Origin: a virus | DNA length: 64,000 nt | IMG/VR virus record: IMGVR_UViG_2917587430_000001 | Coordinates: 25,228-89,227 of that record | Direction: 5' to 3' (one strand) | Shown here: positions 36,778 to 46,657 of the stretch, piece by piece | Layout of the letters: every line of letters starts with the position of its first letter | Position numbering within the stretch: position 1 is the first letter of the stretch | Notes under the pieces: model-generated | What the model saw: only the letters and a program-made list of their open reading frames with translations | Databases searched by the model: none | What the model was told of the DNA's origin: nothing | Program-made: the position numbers and the translations under genes

Positions 36778-37539
36778 TTGTCTATTTGGAAAGTTAATAC
36801 TGATTCACTCAACCTGCGGAGCAGCCCTGAAAAGACGAATGACAACATCATTCGAGCACTTCCACTTGCTCAAGAGGTTAAAGTTCTTACTGGAACACCC
36901 GCAGACCGATGGTGGAGAGTTGAAACTGTAGTAGAAGGAGCATCACTCACGGGATTTGTGAGTTCAGCTTTTCTACGCCAACCTTTAAGTGCAGCAAAAG
37001 AAGCGTTGATCAGCGCAGCCGTAACAGAGTGGTTGCGATTTAAGTTAGGCAGTGGGTTAGAAACTAAAGACCCTTACTATAAATACATTGGAGAATATTG
37101 GAGAGCACTCGATTTGCCTCATGATGGGCGAGATACAGAAATATATTGGTCGGCAGCATTTATATCCTTTGTTGCTCGTAAAGCAGGATACGAAAACTTC
37201 AAATTCTCGATCGCTCATCATTCCTATATCCGCGACTCTATAGAAAAGCGTATTTCTGGCGATACGAATTCTTCATTCTGGGGCTTTAGGCTAAACGAAC
37301 ATAAGCCCCAACTGGGTGACTTGGTGTGTCTATGGAGAGGTACACCTGTAATATTTGATGATCTCCCATCCGAATTTTCAAGTCACTGTGACATTATTGT
37401 TGATGTTCGTGACACAGAAGTTCGAGCCTTAGGTGGCAATGTTGGAGATTCGGTTTCAATGAACACCTTTCAACTCGATTTAGATGGCTTCCTAAAACCC
37501 ACTGGGAGAGTGTTTGCAATATTACGCAATAACGAATAG
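36778..37539 (+). CDS. SH3b + DUF2272 (CHAP/NlpC-like) protein
   Basis: LNLRSSP SH3; WSAAFISFV...H..YI...PQLGDLVC...SHCDIIV...GGNVGDSV. Confidence 0.8.
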   Translation: MSIWKVNTDSLNLRSSPEKTNDNIIRALPLAQEVKVLTGTPADRWWRVETVVEGASLTGFVSSAFLRQPLSAAKEALISAAVTEWLRFKLGSGLETKDPYYKYIGEYWRALDLPHDGRDTEIYWSAAFISFVARKAGYENFKFSIAHHSYIRDSIEKRISGDTNSSFWGFRLNEHKPQLGDLVCLWRGTPVIFDDLPSEFSSHCDIIVDVRDTEVRALGGNVGDSVSMNTFQLDLDGFLKPTGRVFAILRNNE

Positions 37540-37641
37540 GAGTTTTTCGCTAAATCTGGTTTAGGCTTACACTGATTCTTTCTCAATGCTTGTTAGGACT
37601 TGAACCGAGTTTTACAGTGGCTTTCTTTAGGAGATGAAGTG

Positions 37642-38541
37642 ATGAACCGATTTAGAGTAATAGCCGATGGATTAAATTTACGTTCAGCCCCTACAACTGG
37701 GGGTAACGTGATAGCAGTTCTCCCCAAAAATCAAATCGTTACTAAGCTTGTAGTAGCTAGCAACGATAATTGGTGGAAAGTAGCAACGACCTTGAATGGA
37801 GGAAGTTTAGAAGGTTTTGTCGCTCATCGTTTTCTTACTTCAGATACAGCGTTTTCTGTAGAAAGCTTTGATTTACCCAATCCTGCTGATGGCGATCGCG
37901 GTTCGCCACTGACTCTTTGGGCGACATTCTACAACGTGCATACAGCACAGGGTTCCTCGGGTGGAAATCCTTTGCTTGATTTAGCGGGTAGCAGTTTGGG
38001 ACCTACACTTTCGGATAGGGATTGGTGTAACGCAGCTGTAGAAGGCACTGTAAGAATCCTGGATGCCAGTAGTAATGTGGTAGGAACTTATAACTTTGCT
38101 GGAAGAGGTTCTACAGAGCAGGTTAACTGTTCCCGATTCTTTCCCGGACTGTCTTCCAGCATAATTACAGGTACCAATAGGGCGCGATTTAAAGTTTCTA
38201 AAGGTGCGTATGGAGAGGGAACCAGAGGATTTACACTAGTTCCCTACCGTACAGTAGCGGTTGATGACACTTTCATCCCGATTGGCTCTGCTGTTTTTAT
38301 TCCAGAAGCAAGGGGGAAAACTGTGCTGCTGCCATCAGGTAGAAGTGTTACTCATGATGGCTACTTCTTTGCTGCAGATGTTGGAGGAGCAATTAAGGAC
38401 AATCATATTGATGTCTTCTTAGGAGTGTCTACAGCAAATCCTTTCGCATTCATCCAAAGTAGAAGAGATCGTACTTTTTCTGCATTCCTAATTAGGAATA
38501 GCCAAACGGTTGGAACTTTAGAAGCATTACATAGAGTTTAG
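37642..38541 (+). CDS. SH3b + 3D-domain (MltA-like) protein
   Basis: LNLRSAP SH3; VAVDDTFIPIGS...AADVGGAIKDNHIDVF (three Asp). Confidence 0.85.
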   Translation: MNRFRVIADGLNLRSAPTTGGNVIAVLPKNQIVTKLVVASNDNWWKVATTLNGGSLEGFVAHRFLTSDTAFSVESFDLPNPADGDRGSPLTLWATFYNVHTAQGSSGGNPLLDLAGSSLGPTLSDRDWCNAAVEGTVRILDASSNVVGTYNFAGRGSTEQVNCSRFFPGLSSSIITGTNRARFKVSKGAYGEGTRGFTLVPYRTVAVDDTFIPIGSAVFIPEARGKTVLLPSGRSVTHDGYFFAADVGGAIKDNHIDVFLGVSTANPFAFIQSRRDRTFSAFLIRNSQTVGTLEALHRV

Positions 38542-38582
38542 ATAGATTTGGATTGTCACTAGCAAAGCTGTTGCGCCAAGCG

Positions 38583-38667
38583 CTCTAAATTCCAATGCAC
38601 CGGAACAAAGTCAAATGATCAGTGAGTTGCAGAAGTTGTCTGTGTCCGGTGATTGGAACCGTTAGCT
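38583..38667 (+). other. attC site
   Basis: CTCTAAA-TTCCAATGCACCGGAAC...GTCCGGTGATTGGAACC-GTTAGCT. Confidence 0.8.
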
Positions 38668-38720
38668 AGCTTGAGTAAATGAGAAAATTCTATGAAAGAT
38701 TATAGTCAACATTATTCAAG

Positions 38721-39818
38721 CTAAAAGATTGAACCCTGCCAAACTTCCTCAGGGTCGTTCTTTCCCTTGCGTCTGCGCTTCTTGATGGGTTCAAATCGCC
38801 ACTGGTTCTCTGCGTCGTGTTCTGTCCCTGCCAGATATTCAGCCGCAGCGGGATTCTGATCGGCGGTCGCAGTCATGGAGTCCGAGGTAGCTTCACTGTC
38901 GCCATGAAGCAGTTCAGAATCTAGGAACGGCAGTGGCTTGACCAGCCAGGGAGCGTAGAGATAGCCGTTAACTAGGGCAGCTTTAATTACCGTGTCGTTG
39001 ATGTCCTGCCCATACAGCCTCAGTGAGTAGTTGGAGGCAGTCAGCAGCAAGCGACCGGTACCCAAGCATGGATCGCATACCGTCTCCAGTCGCGAATCGT
39101 GGCGACCCCTTGCGGGTATCTCTGCGAGATCGCCAGAGATGACATCATGCATCAACACCTGGGTCATCAGGATGCAGACGGGCATGGGAGTTGGGTAAAA
39201 CCCTGAGCGCTTGCCGAAATGGTTGATTGCCAGGATGTCTCCCAAATAGTCGTGAGGGTAGGCAGTCAGCAGATTCAGATTGAACATCTGATAGAGCCTC
39301 ATGCTGGCTCCGCTACATCCGCTCGGTTCATCGGGCAGGTCATAGCCTGGGTGACCAAACCCAAACAGTAGCCAGTCGAGGAAATAGTTCATGTATGTCC
39401 AGCTCGACCAACCTTGCCAACCCCCCGAACCGCAATTAGTAACGAGGTCTAAGCAGCGCTCCAAATGCTTGTGCCCTTGCTGGTCAAATAAATGGCGACT
39501 GTGTTCATCTGTTGCCCATTCGATTTTGGGAATCGGGCGATCGCCTAGTTTCTGAGTCTCCATCAACTCAACCCAGTAGACCCAGCGCTGCCACGTCAGT
39601 TCATCGGCTCGAAGTAGGTAGGGAAGGAGCCAGCCCCGTTCCAAGTTGCGCTGTAAGTTGGGGTCAAGCTTGTATTTCTGCCGCGCTTTAAGCTGCTCCC
39701 TAAGTTCTGCGCGAAACCATGACAATCTATCCCGTGACTCTTCCTGAGCCGGGATGCTATCGCTGTTCATTATTGAAGTTGCCTTAAATCTTGTTGCTTG
39801 ATAGGTGGCGATCGCCAT
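38721..39818 (-). CDS. N-6 DNA methylase-like protein (SAM-binding part only)
   Basis: GFYPTP...VCDPCLGTGRLL...LYGQDIN; no NPPY/F motif visible. Confidence 0.7.
   Translation of the reverse strand: MAIATYQATRFKATSIMNSDSIPAQEESRDRLSWFRAELREQLKARQKYKLDPNLQRNLERGWLLPYLLRADELTWQRWVYWVELMETQKLGDRPIPKIEWATDEHSRHLFDQQGHKHLERCLDLVTNCGSGGWQGWSSWTYMNYFLDWLLFGFGHPGYDLPDEPSGCSGASMRLYQMFNLNLLTAYPHDYLGDILAINHFGKRSGFYPTPMPVCILMTQVLMHDVISGDLAEIPARGRHDSRLETVCDPCLGTGRLLLTASNYSLRLYGQDINDTVIKAALVNGYLYAPWLVKPLPFLDSELLHGDSEATSDSMTATADQNPAAAEYLAGTEHDAENQWRFEPIKKRRRKGKNDPEEVWQGSIF
39105..39128 (-). repeat. 24-nt SDR5-like element inserted in a HIP1 site (in frame within the CDS)
   Basis: GCGAT[CTCGCAGAGATACCCGCAAGGGGT]CGC. 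Confidence 0.7.
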
Positions 39819-39921
39819 CCAGAGCGCAGCGCTTCACTCTGGTGGGTTCATGTGGCTAGGCACAACGTCTCGCTTGCGATCAAAGGCTTTACACCACCCT
39901 TGATGGCGATCGCCAAACTTG

Positions 39922-40677
39922 TTAAGCGGACATCCGAGCTTCAGCAGTCTCTACGGTGTCTGCCTTCTTGAAGCTAAATGCCAGGTTGTAGAGTTCAGTC
40001 CAGTTCAGTTCTCCAGCATCGTAGGCAGTCCGGATTTTGCTGGAAGCCTCATACAACTCATACGCCTTAGCAATCACTTTGGTGTAGTGAGCCGACTTGC
40101 CCACAGTTTCCCCGGCTGCTTTGGTGTCACCGTTGCAGCGGACTACTGCCTCATAAACTTCTCTGGCTTGAGCCAACTTCTCTGCCGGGTCAGTAATCCG
40201 AGGTGTTCCGGTTCGGGGGGTGCCACCTCTGCGAGTTTTGGCAGGTTGGGCAATGGCGATCGCGGTCAGCAATTGCTTGAAGGCTCCAAAATTCTCTAGC
40301 AGGTAAGTTGCTTCGGCACAGCTCCCTACATTGGCATTCTCATCCAGGTAGAGGATCAAGCGTTGTTCATAGGTCAAGTCAGACTTTTGCTCCTCAGCCT
40401 CCAGCTCCGGTTCGGGGGGTGCTACCTCTTCAACTTCGACTTCAACAGCAGCTTCAGAATCATCATCTGTAGCAATTGCCATTTGCTCAAAGTCTTCTTC
40501 ATCGTCAGATTCAACCTGATCTTCAACCTGCCCTTGAGCAAACAGAATCCAGTCAATTAACTGTGCTTTCGTGTCGCTTGGCTCAAACTCAATCTCCAGT
40601 CCAGCAGCAATGTTCTGGAGTTTGGGTTTGGTCATTTCACGGGTGGTCAGTTGGTCGCGAGTGTAGGTGGTAGTCAT
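39922..40677 (-). CDS. Hypothetical protein with N-terminal HeH/Rho-N-like domain, acidic linker and C-terminal HTH-like region
   Basis: YTRDQL...KPKLQNIA...DTKAQLIDWIL. Confidence 0.6.
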   Translation of the reverse strand: MTTTYTRDQLTTREMTKPKLQNIAAGLEIEFEPSDTKAQLIDWILFAQGQVEDQVESDDEEDFEQMAIATDDDSEAAVEVEVEEVAPPEPELEAEEQKSDLTYEQRLILYLDENANVGSCAEATYLLENFGAFKQLLTAIAIAQPAKTRRGGTPRTGTPRITDPAEKLAQAREVYEAVVRCNGDTKAAGETVGKSAHYTKVIAKAYELYEASSKIRTAYDAGELNWTELYNLAFSFKKADTVETAEARMSA

Positions 40678-40723
40678 TGTTTTGCCTTGATTAATGTCTA
40701 GTGAGTTAACGGTCAAGCGGTCA

Positions 40724-40909
40724 TCAGTTAGCACGTTGGCGGTCAGCTTTTAGCTGTTGAATGTAATCCGGGAAGCGTTGACCCAACAACACGTTCTCAA
40801 TCAGGAAGCGGCGATCGCCTTTGGTCGATAAACACAGCTCAGAAACGAGCTTGGTCAGTTCTTCGGTGGTCATCGCTTCAAGTTGTTGAACGGTGTAGTT
40901 GGTAATCAT
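40724..40909 (-). CDS. Small helical protein, paralogue of 29629..29814
   Basis: High visible identity to 29629..29814. Confidence 0.65.
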   Translation of the reverse strand: MITNYTVQQLEAMTTEELTKLVSELCLSTKGDRRFLIENVLLGQRFPDYIQQLKADRQRAN

Positions 40910-41757
40910 CTCAGTGCCTCGTTTGCTTGTGATGCCCCTATCCTCACCAGCTTTTTTGGTAGTGTCAGCAGCAATCCAAGTGTTTTACGATTCGAGTTAC
41001 TGACAGGTTTTAAGTCACTCCATCAGCTAGGCGAATCAGAGTTTTCAGGCATCAAAAAGAGCGCTCGACAGCAGAAGTCAGGCGCTCAATATGAGGAGTA
41101 TTGAAAACCAAATTAACTGACATTCAAGAATGCCAAAGCCAATTCTCCAAGTTGGACAGGCCTTCTGATTCAGTGCCTTGGCATATCTGTTCTTAGTGAT
41201 CCGCCAGTTGTGTACTTCACTTTCCTCCAACTTCCAACTTTCTGTCGGATCGCTTTCACACCTTTCGTATCAAGGTTCTTAGGGGTTGAGAGAGCAGGGC
41301 GATCGCAATTTAAGTCGGATGAAGCCGACTTAAATTGGAAAGATGTCGGTCTTGTCGGAGAAATTCAGTTTTTTATCGCCTTTACGGGGTGCAGTTAAAC
41401 GAGACTTGTCGCCTCACTAAATGTGTAGAGAGATCAGAGGCCCTAAGTTAAACTTTGCCGTCTTTAGGGGCACTTGAAAGGGATCGGATACGGCTTGAGG
41501 ATCATCGTGGGAAAGGAAGTAGTTGAGGAATTCCCTCACATTTAACAATGATGTGGGCGATCGCCCATACTCTTCACCCCAGATATCCGCGTGTGGATTC
41601 CCCTCACTGTCATGCCAGATGCCCTGGCTCTTAAAGTACTGAATGCCAGCGTAGGGAATGCCCAGCATCAGGACAGCGGCGATCGCCCAGTTGCGCGCTG
41701 TTAAGGTTGGAAGACTGAAGTATAGATAGTGTTTGGGAACCCTATAGTATACAGGCA

Positions 41758-41842
41758 CCCCAACTCTACGTTGGAGCCGACGAACACCGTTGGCCCGACG
41801 ACGCGAATAAGCGGCATTCGCGGCTCAACTCCGCTGTTATGC
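41758..41842 (+). other. attC site
   Basis: CCCCAAC-TCTACGTTGGAGCCGAC...GCGGCTCAACTCCGCT-GTTATGC. Confidence 0.85.
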
Positions 41843-42124
41843 CGCTTATTCCTTGCTGGGGCACAGCTGAAAGATTTTCTGGAGGCGTTGAGGATTGGGG
41901 GACTATAGGGTTAGTGGTGCAAGAGCTAAAGATGGTTGTTCAGGGGCATCGGCCATTGAGTATTAGTGTTATCTATAATACAGTTTGAGCGATGAGTATT
42001 GAGGGGTTGATGCATTAGCCTGTGGTGCCCCTGTACTACACAGTTGTCGTTTCATAGCACAATGTTGCAAAATGAGAGAAATTCGGTTTGCCGAGTGATT
42101 TTTTACACCCTCACCCTTGCGCTT

Positions 42125-43135
42125 ATGTCAGAAGATTCCCAGCGTAACTCTGCTTTCAATGCTGCTGTGAGTTCAAAAGTTCATCACGCTCAACTAAACG
42201 ATACTGGCAAGTACACACCAGAAAAGTTAGGGCATCTGTACAGAGGTGGTATACGTACTGGTGCAGGGCGAACCGAAGCGCAAGCTCAACAAATGTTAGA
42301 CAAAATCCCACCTTCTCAGAGGGCTGGAGTTGATGGTCAATCCGCTGCTGCTAAAGTCAAAGAATATTTAGCTGATAAGGATGCTAGTCATATAAAACCA
42401 CATAGTAAAGGTGGTTCAAGTCATCCAGATAATATCAAATGGGAAGGTAAAACTGCTAATCGTGCTCGTGGCGATCAACACATGACCAGCCAAGAGCAAA
42501 GACAACTAAATGTTAAGGCACAAGCTGATAACATACGTGGAGCATTGAAAGCTGGTGTAGAGGCTGCGTCCAAAGGAGCAGTAATTGGTGCAGTAACAAC
42601 GGCTCCTTTCTCTATGCTTAGAAATGCATTGCGAGTTGTACGAGGTGAAATGTCAGCTCAAGATGCTGCTCTAGAAACTGTAAAAGAAACTGCTGTTGGT
42701 GGGGGAGTTGGAGCTACAACAGCATTTACGGTTACGGCGGTAGCATCTGCTTGTCCTCCTATTGCTGTTGCATTAACAGCTATGTCACCAGTTTTACTTG
42801 CTGCTGGTGGTGTTGGAATGGTATGTGAGTTTTTCAAGATTCTTGGTGACCATAAGCAGCAGGTGAAAGAGTATTATTCATCATTGACTCAGAGAGAACT
42901 GCAATATCTCCAGGATGTTGAGAGTGAACTTCTGTACGAACACTCTAAGAATTCAGAGTTTCTGAATAAGTCCGCAGAATTAAACGCTGAGATTACACAC
43001 AGACCTATCGAGTCTGGTGTAGAAGGTGCATTAAAGCGATATCTTGAGTCTGCTGCAATTGCTAAAGCTTTGGGAGCTACACCAATCGGTAATAAGCAGT
43101 TGCCTGTTTCAAAAAAAACTTTGCCCTCAGCTTAA
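42125..43135 (+). CDS. Gene cassette: HNH-like nuclease domain plus Gly/Ala-rich membrane hairpin
   Basis: DASHIKPHSKGGSSHPDNIKWEGKTANRARG; hydrophobic GAVIGAV...AGGVGMV. Confidence 0.6.
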   Translation: MSEDSQRNSAFNAAVSSKVHHAQLNDTGKYTPEKLGHLYRGGIRTGAGRTEAQAQQMLDKIPPSQRAGVDGQSAAAKVKEYLADKDASHIKPHSKGGSSHPDNIKWEGKTANRARGDQHMTSQEQRQLNVKAQADNIRGALKAGVEAASKGAVIGAVTTAPFSMLRNALRVVRGEMSAQDAALETVKETAVGGGVGATTAFTVTAVASACPPIAVALTAMSPVLLAAGGVGMVCEFFKILGDHKQQVKEYYSSLTQRELQYLQDVESELLYEHSKNSEFLNKSAELNAEITHRPIESGVEGALKRYLESAAIAKALGATPIGNKQLPVSKKTLPSA

Positions 43136-43159
43136 TAATTTTAGGATTGGTAAATACTT

Positions 43160-43651
43160 ATGTTTTTTCTGCTTCCTTTAGTTGGTGCGGCAGTTGGTGC
43201 AGCAGTTGGTGCTCTTGTTACTCATGCTAGCGGCGAGAAAGATAGACAGGCGGCAGAGCATCATAGAAAAGTTGCTAATGACTTGACCAACAAATTCTCA
43301 AATTTAGAGAAAAGATACAGCGAATATGCCGATAAGAGTAAGAGTCAAATTGATGACTTGACCAGGCAACACGCTTTAGATGAAGCAGAGAAAGATCTTC
43401 TGCGTTTAGCCATCAGGTTGCAGCAGAGCTTGTATATGCTTATGTGGGATATAGATAATAAGCCTACATATGATGCTTTGATAGATTTTGAACAAGCTGT
43501 TGAGGCAACTAACAGAGTTTTATCCGAGTTAAGCGAGGAGAAAATTCAAATCCCAAGTAAGTACTTTTCTCGCAACCTGACACGGGTTAAGAGGCGTGAA
43601 AAGCTCGCTGAAACGAGGCAGAAGAAAATAGAAAGTAGCAGCGCGGCATAG
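43160..43651 (+). CDS. Gene cassette: membrane-anchored coiled-coil partner protein
   Basis: MFFLLPLVGAAVGAAVGALV; the stop lies in attC R''. Confidence 0.7.
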   Translation: MFFLLPLVGAAVGAAVGALVTHASGEKDRQAAEHHRKVANDLTNKFSNLEKRYSEYADKSKSQIDDLTRQHALDEAEKDLLRLAIRLQQSLYMLMWDIDNKPTYDALIDFEQAVEATNRVLSELSEEKIQIPSKYFSRNLTRVKRREKLAETRQKKIESSSAA

Positions 43652-43732
43652 CAATTCGGGTGCAGCGGATTGACCGAAGCCGCTTGGGTTAGATGCAAAG
43701 ACCTCGGCAACCGCTGACCCGACTCGTTAGGT
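43646..43732 (+). other. attC site
   Basis: GCATAGC-AATTCGGGTGCAGCGGATTG...CAACCGCTGACCCGACTC-GTTAGGT. Confidence 0.85.
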
Positions 43733-43790
43733 GGAATTTGAGACATCAATTAGAACATTAAATACCTCTAAAGTTGAGGCTAGTACAAAA

Positions 43791-45635
43791 ATGTTAAAAG
43801 ACAAAGCGGTGATCATTATCGCAGTATCAAAATATGCTGGTACTTATGACAATCTTCCAGGGGCAATAACAAGTGCTAGGAGACTGCGTGAATGGGCTGA
43901 ACAGTCTGACGAAGACTGTAAATATAAAGTTCTTTATCTAGCTGATGACGTCTTTGAGAAGATTGACGTTCAACTCGTGCGCGAACAAGTTAGCCAATTT
44001 GTTAACAGTAACTTCATAGATCGACTCATCGTCTATTTCGCTGGACATGGCATTGTTCGCTCAGCTGGTGACCAGTTTTGGCTTCTTACCAATGCGGCGC
44101 AGGATCTACGAGAAGGAATTGATGTAGAAGCCTTTAGGCGGGGTTTACTAAAATGCAATATTGGTAATGCTGATTTTGCAGGTCAATTGTGCATTATTGG
44201 TGATGCCTGTCGAAATACTGGGCGAGATGCTATCGAATTTTACGGTGATCCAATTCTGACTTCGACAGCAAAGAGGAATAGTCGTATTCAGCTTGATAAG
44301 TTTCTGTCCACAGGGCTTGGCAATTACTCATTCCAAATCAATCAAATTGGTAGTCAAAGTGCGTACTGTCTGTTTTCGGAGGTGATGCTGAGTGCCTTGC
44401 GAGGCGAAGTTAAGGAAGCAATTGACACGGAAGACCATCGATTCAAACCAGTTATCACAAATCATAAACTAGCTGAATATTTAGAGAAAGAGGTCAGAAG
44501 TCGTGCTGCTGCAATTGGAGAGGAGATGGAGCCTGATCTGCTTACTGGAATCCATCCTCCCCATAACTTCTACAAAAGATTAAAGGAACCGATTTCTGAT
44601 GTAATAGCTAGTTCGCAAGATTCGCAACTGGCGGCAGCAATCCAAATGGCAATACATGATCCCCATCCAGAAAGCAGTAATGAGAAACTTACAGCAGCTC
44701 AAGAAGGTCGTAAACAAACTCTTTTGGGATTGAAAGACCGTATTAAATTGAACTATTCCCGACTATCAATCAGAGTTAGACGTCGTTTCGATCCTAATAA
44801 TCCTAATTTTTTAACTGTTAGTGATTTTCGCCCAAACTTTATAGCTGTACCTCGTAGTGCAACGGTTGAAGTGGCACATCGGGAAGAAACACTCTATGAG
44901 ATACTAGCGTTTAACTGTTACGATTCGCCTATTTTAATCCACCAAGATGGACAATGGATAATTATTCCTAATTACCTCAATGTTGTTGCTGTCATATCTC
45001 GCAATTTACCTGGCGACATCTTATTCTTTAAGACTGGACATTTTACTAAACGAGATGAAGTGTGGGATACATATTTAAGTGATTTTTCAAATCTTGCTGG
45101 CAGTGTTCCATTACGCGCCGCAGAGGCTAAAAAATTTGCAGATAGGGTTAGAGTGGGAAAAGAGGAATATCCTCATCAAGCAGTGACAGCAGGATATCTT
45201 TATGAATTTTCCAACGACTACGATAATATTGCTAGAACTGCACATTATATGGCTAGAAACACAGATTCGGTGCCATTCGATCTAGCACTACTATGTGCAG
45301 ACAAAATATGGTGGAGTAAAGAAAATGGCAGGTTGGTCGCATTTGCAGATCTGCCAGCCGTTGAACCCTCACAACCGAGTGAGCAAAAGGATAATCGCCC
45401 CTATTATGCTAGACGTGAATTTGCGGCACACAAGAATGTCCAACTTTGGGGAATTACACCAATCTTTCGTCAGGGTTGGAGTTTTATGCAGACTGAACTA
45501 TACCTTGATATTCCAGACAAGATCAGGTTAATTAGCGAAAATATGATTGGGAGATCGGCAGCAAGCTTAACAGATGAGGGACTTAGAATGTTTCTTAAAG
45601 CCTTTGACTATCGAGTTATTGAGATTGACACCTAA
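43791..45635 (+). CDS. Gene cassette: caspase-family (C14) peptidase with uncharacterised C-terminal domain
   Basis: VIIIAVSKY...LPGA...VYFAGHG...IIGDACR (His-Cys dyad). Confidence 0.85.
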   Translation: MLKDKAVIIIAVSKYAGTYDNLPGAITSARRLREWAEQSDEDCKYKVLYLADDVFEKIDVQLVREQVSQFVNSNFIDRLIVYFAGHGIVRSAGDQFWLLTNAAQDLREGIDVEAFRRGLLKCNIGNADFAGQLCIIGDACRNTGRDAIEFYGDPILTSTAKRNSRIQLDKFLSTGLGNYSFQINQIGSQSAYCLFSEVMLSALRGEVKEAIDTEDHRFKPVITNHKLAEYLEKEVRSRAAAIGEEMEPDLLTGIHPPHNFYKRLKEPISDVIASSQDSQLAAAIQMAIHDPHPESSNEKLTAAQEGRKQTLLGLKDRIKLNYSRLSIRVRRRFDPNNPNFLTVSDFRPNFIAVPRSATVEVAHREETLYEILAFNCYDSPILIHQDGQWIIIPNYLNVVAVISRNLPGDILFFKTGHFTKRDEVWDTYLSDFSNLAGSVPLRAAEAKKFADRVRVGKEEYPHQAVTAGYLYEFSNDYDNIARTAHYMARNTDSVPFDLALLCADKIWWSKENGRLVAFADLPAVEPSQPSEQKDNRPYYARREFAAHKNVQLWGITPIFRQGWSFMQTELYLDIPDKIRLISENMIGRSAASLTDEGLRMFLKAFDYRVIEIDT

Positions 45636-45691
45636 CAACTAATACATCAACGAAACATTCTACCTTTCAATACTATTTGGAGCATTTGTTA

Positions 45692-46597
45692 ATGACAACA
45701 GTTCTTTTAATTCACGGCATTAATAATCAGGGTAATTCAAAGGATAACATTGAAAAAACGTGGAGTTATGCCCTTAGAAGCAGTGCTGCTACCGCAGGAC
45801 TAACGATACCTGATGATGTGAAATTTATTGCAGCGTTCTATGGCGACGTACTCTTTAACGAAACAGAATCCTGGAACAAGAACAAACCTACTTCAAGTCC
45901 TATGAGTGTCGAATCTCCGGACGAAGATTATGCGGATGATGAAGTTGCGGCTTTATATCTTGAATTCCAGCAAAAATATGGTATCGGCGATGAGCAAGTT
46001 TCTCGGGAACTTGAGGCTGAAGATAATCTTCAAGCTCAAAAGCGCATGGCTAAAGGAATTCATAAGAGGTGGTTAAAGGCGATAGCGAAAGCTTTGGAAA
46101 CGGTACTTCCTTCAAAGGGTAAACGAGTAGCAGCAGCTTTTATAAGTCAAGCTGCCGCATATCTTCATAAGCCCGGTTTAAAGGAAAAAGTTGACGATCT
46201 CGTTATGACCCAAGTGATAGACGGACTACCAAAAGATGAAAAGGTTGTTATTATTAGTCATTCCCTTGGCACTATTGTAGCTTATGACTTAATGCGCCGT
46301 CTTAGGCATCAAGTAAAGGTTGGGTTGCTGCTAACTGCCGGTTCACCTCTTGGGATTGAGATAGTCAAACGTAGGCTGGGTACACCGCTTATCTGCCTTC
46401 CAAATGTAGATAAATGGGTAAATATATCAGATGATGAAGACTTTGTTGCCTTCCAAACAAAGCTAACTAGTACGACTTTTGGATGTGATAAGATTGTAAA
46501 TATTGATCAGTTAGATAATGGCGATGAAGATGCACACGATATTCTGAAATATCTTGCACATGATATTGTCGCAAAAGAAATTGTGTTGAATCTCTAA
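45692..46597 (+). CDS. Alpha/beta-hydrolase (lipase-like)
   Basis: LIHGI...ISHSLG nucleophile elbow, LTAGSPL, W.N..D.EDFV, terminal AH...YL. Confidence 0.85.
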   Translation: MTTVLLIHGINNQGNSKDNIEKTWSYALRSSAATAGLTIPDDVKFIAAFYGDVLFNETESWNKNKPTSSPMSVESPDEDYADDEVAALYLEFQQKYGIGDEQVSRELEAEDNLQAQKRMAKGIHKRWLKAIAKALETVLPSKGKRVAAAFISQAAAYLHKPGLKEKVDDLVMTQVIDGLPKDEKVVIISHSLGTIVAYDLMRRLRHQVKVGLLLTAGSPLGIEIVKRRLGTPLICLPNVDKWVNISDDEDFVAFQTKLTSTTFGCDKIVNIDQLDNGDEDAHDILKYLAHDIVAKEIVLNL

Positions 46598-46657
46598 CTG
46601 GACAAACAAATTAGTCGATTGTGAACATTTAGTTTGACATTTCCACTACACTATTCC

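Noticed and set aside
41417-41758. 113-aa ORF with the track start at 41758
   Set aside because: Its 5' part crosses the HIP1/cassette junction; at most a truncated remnant, so it is not annotated.
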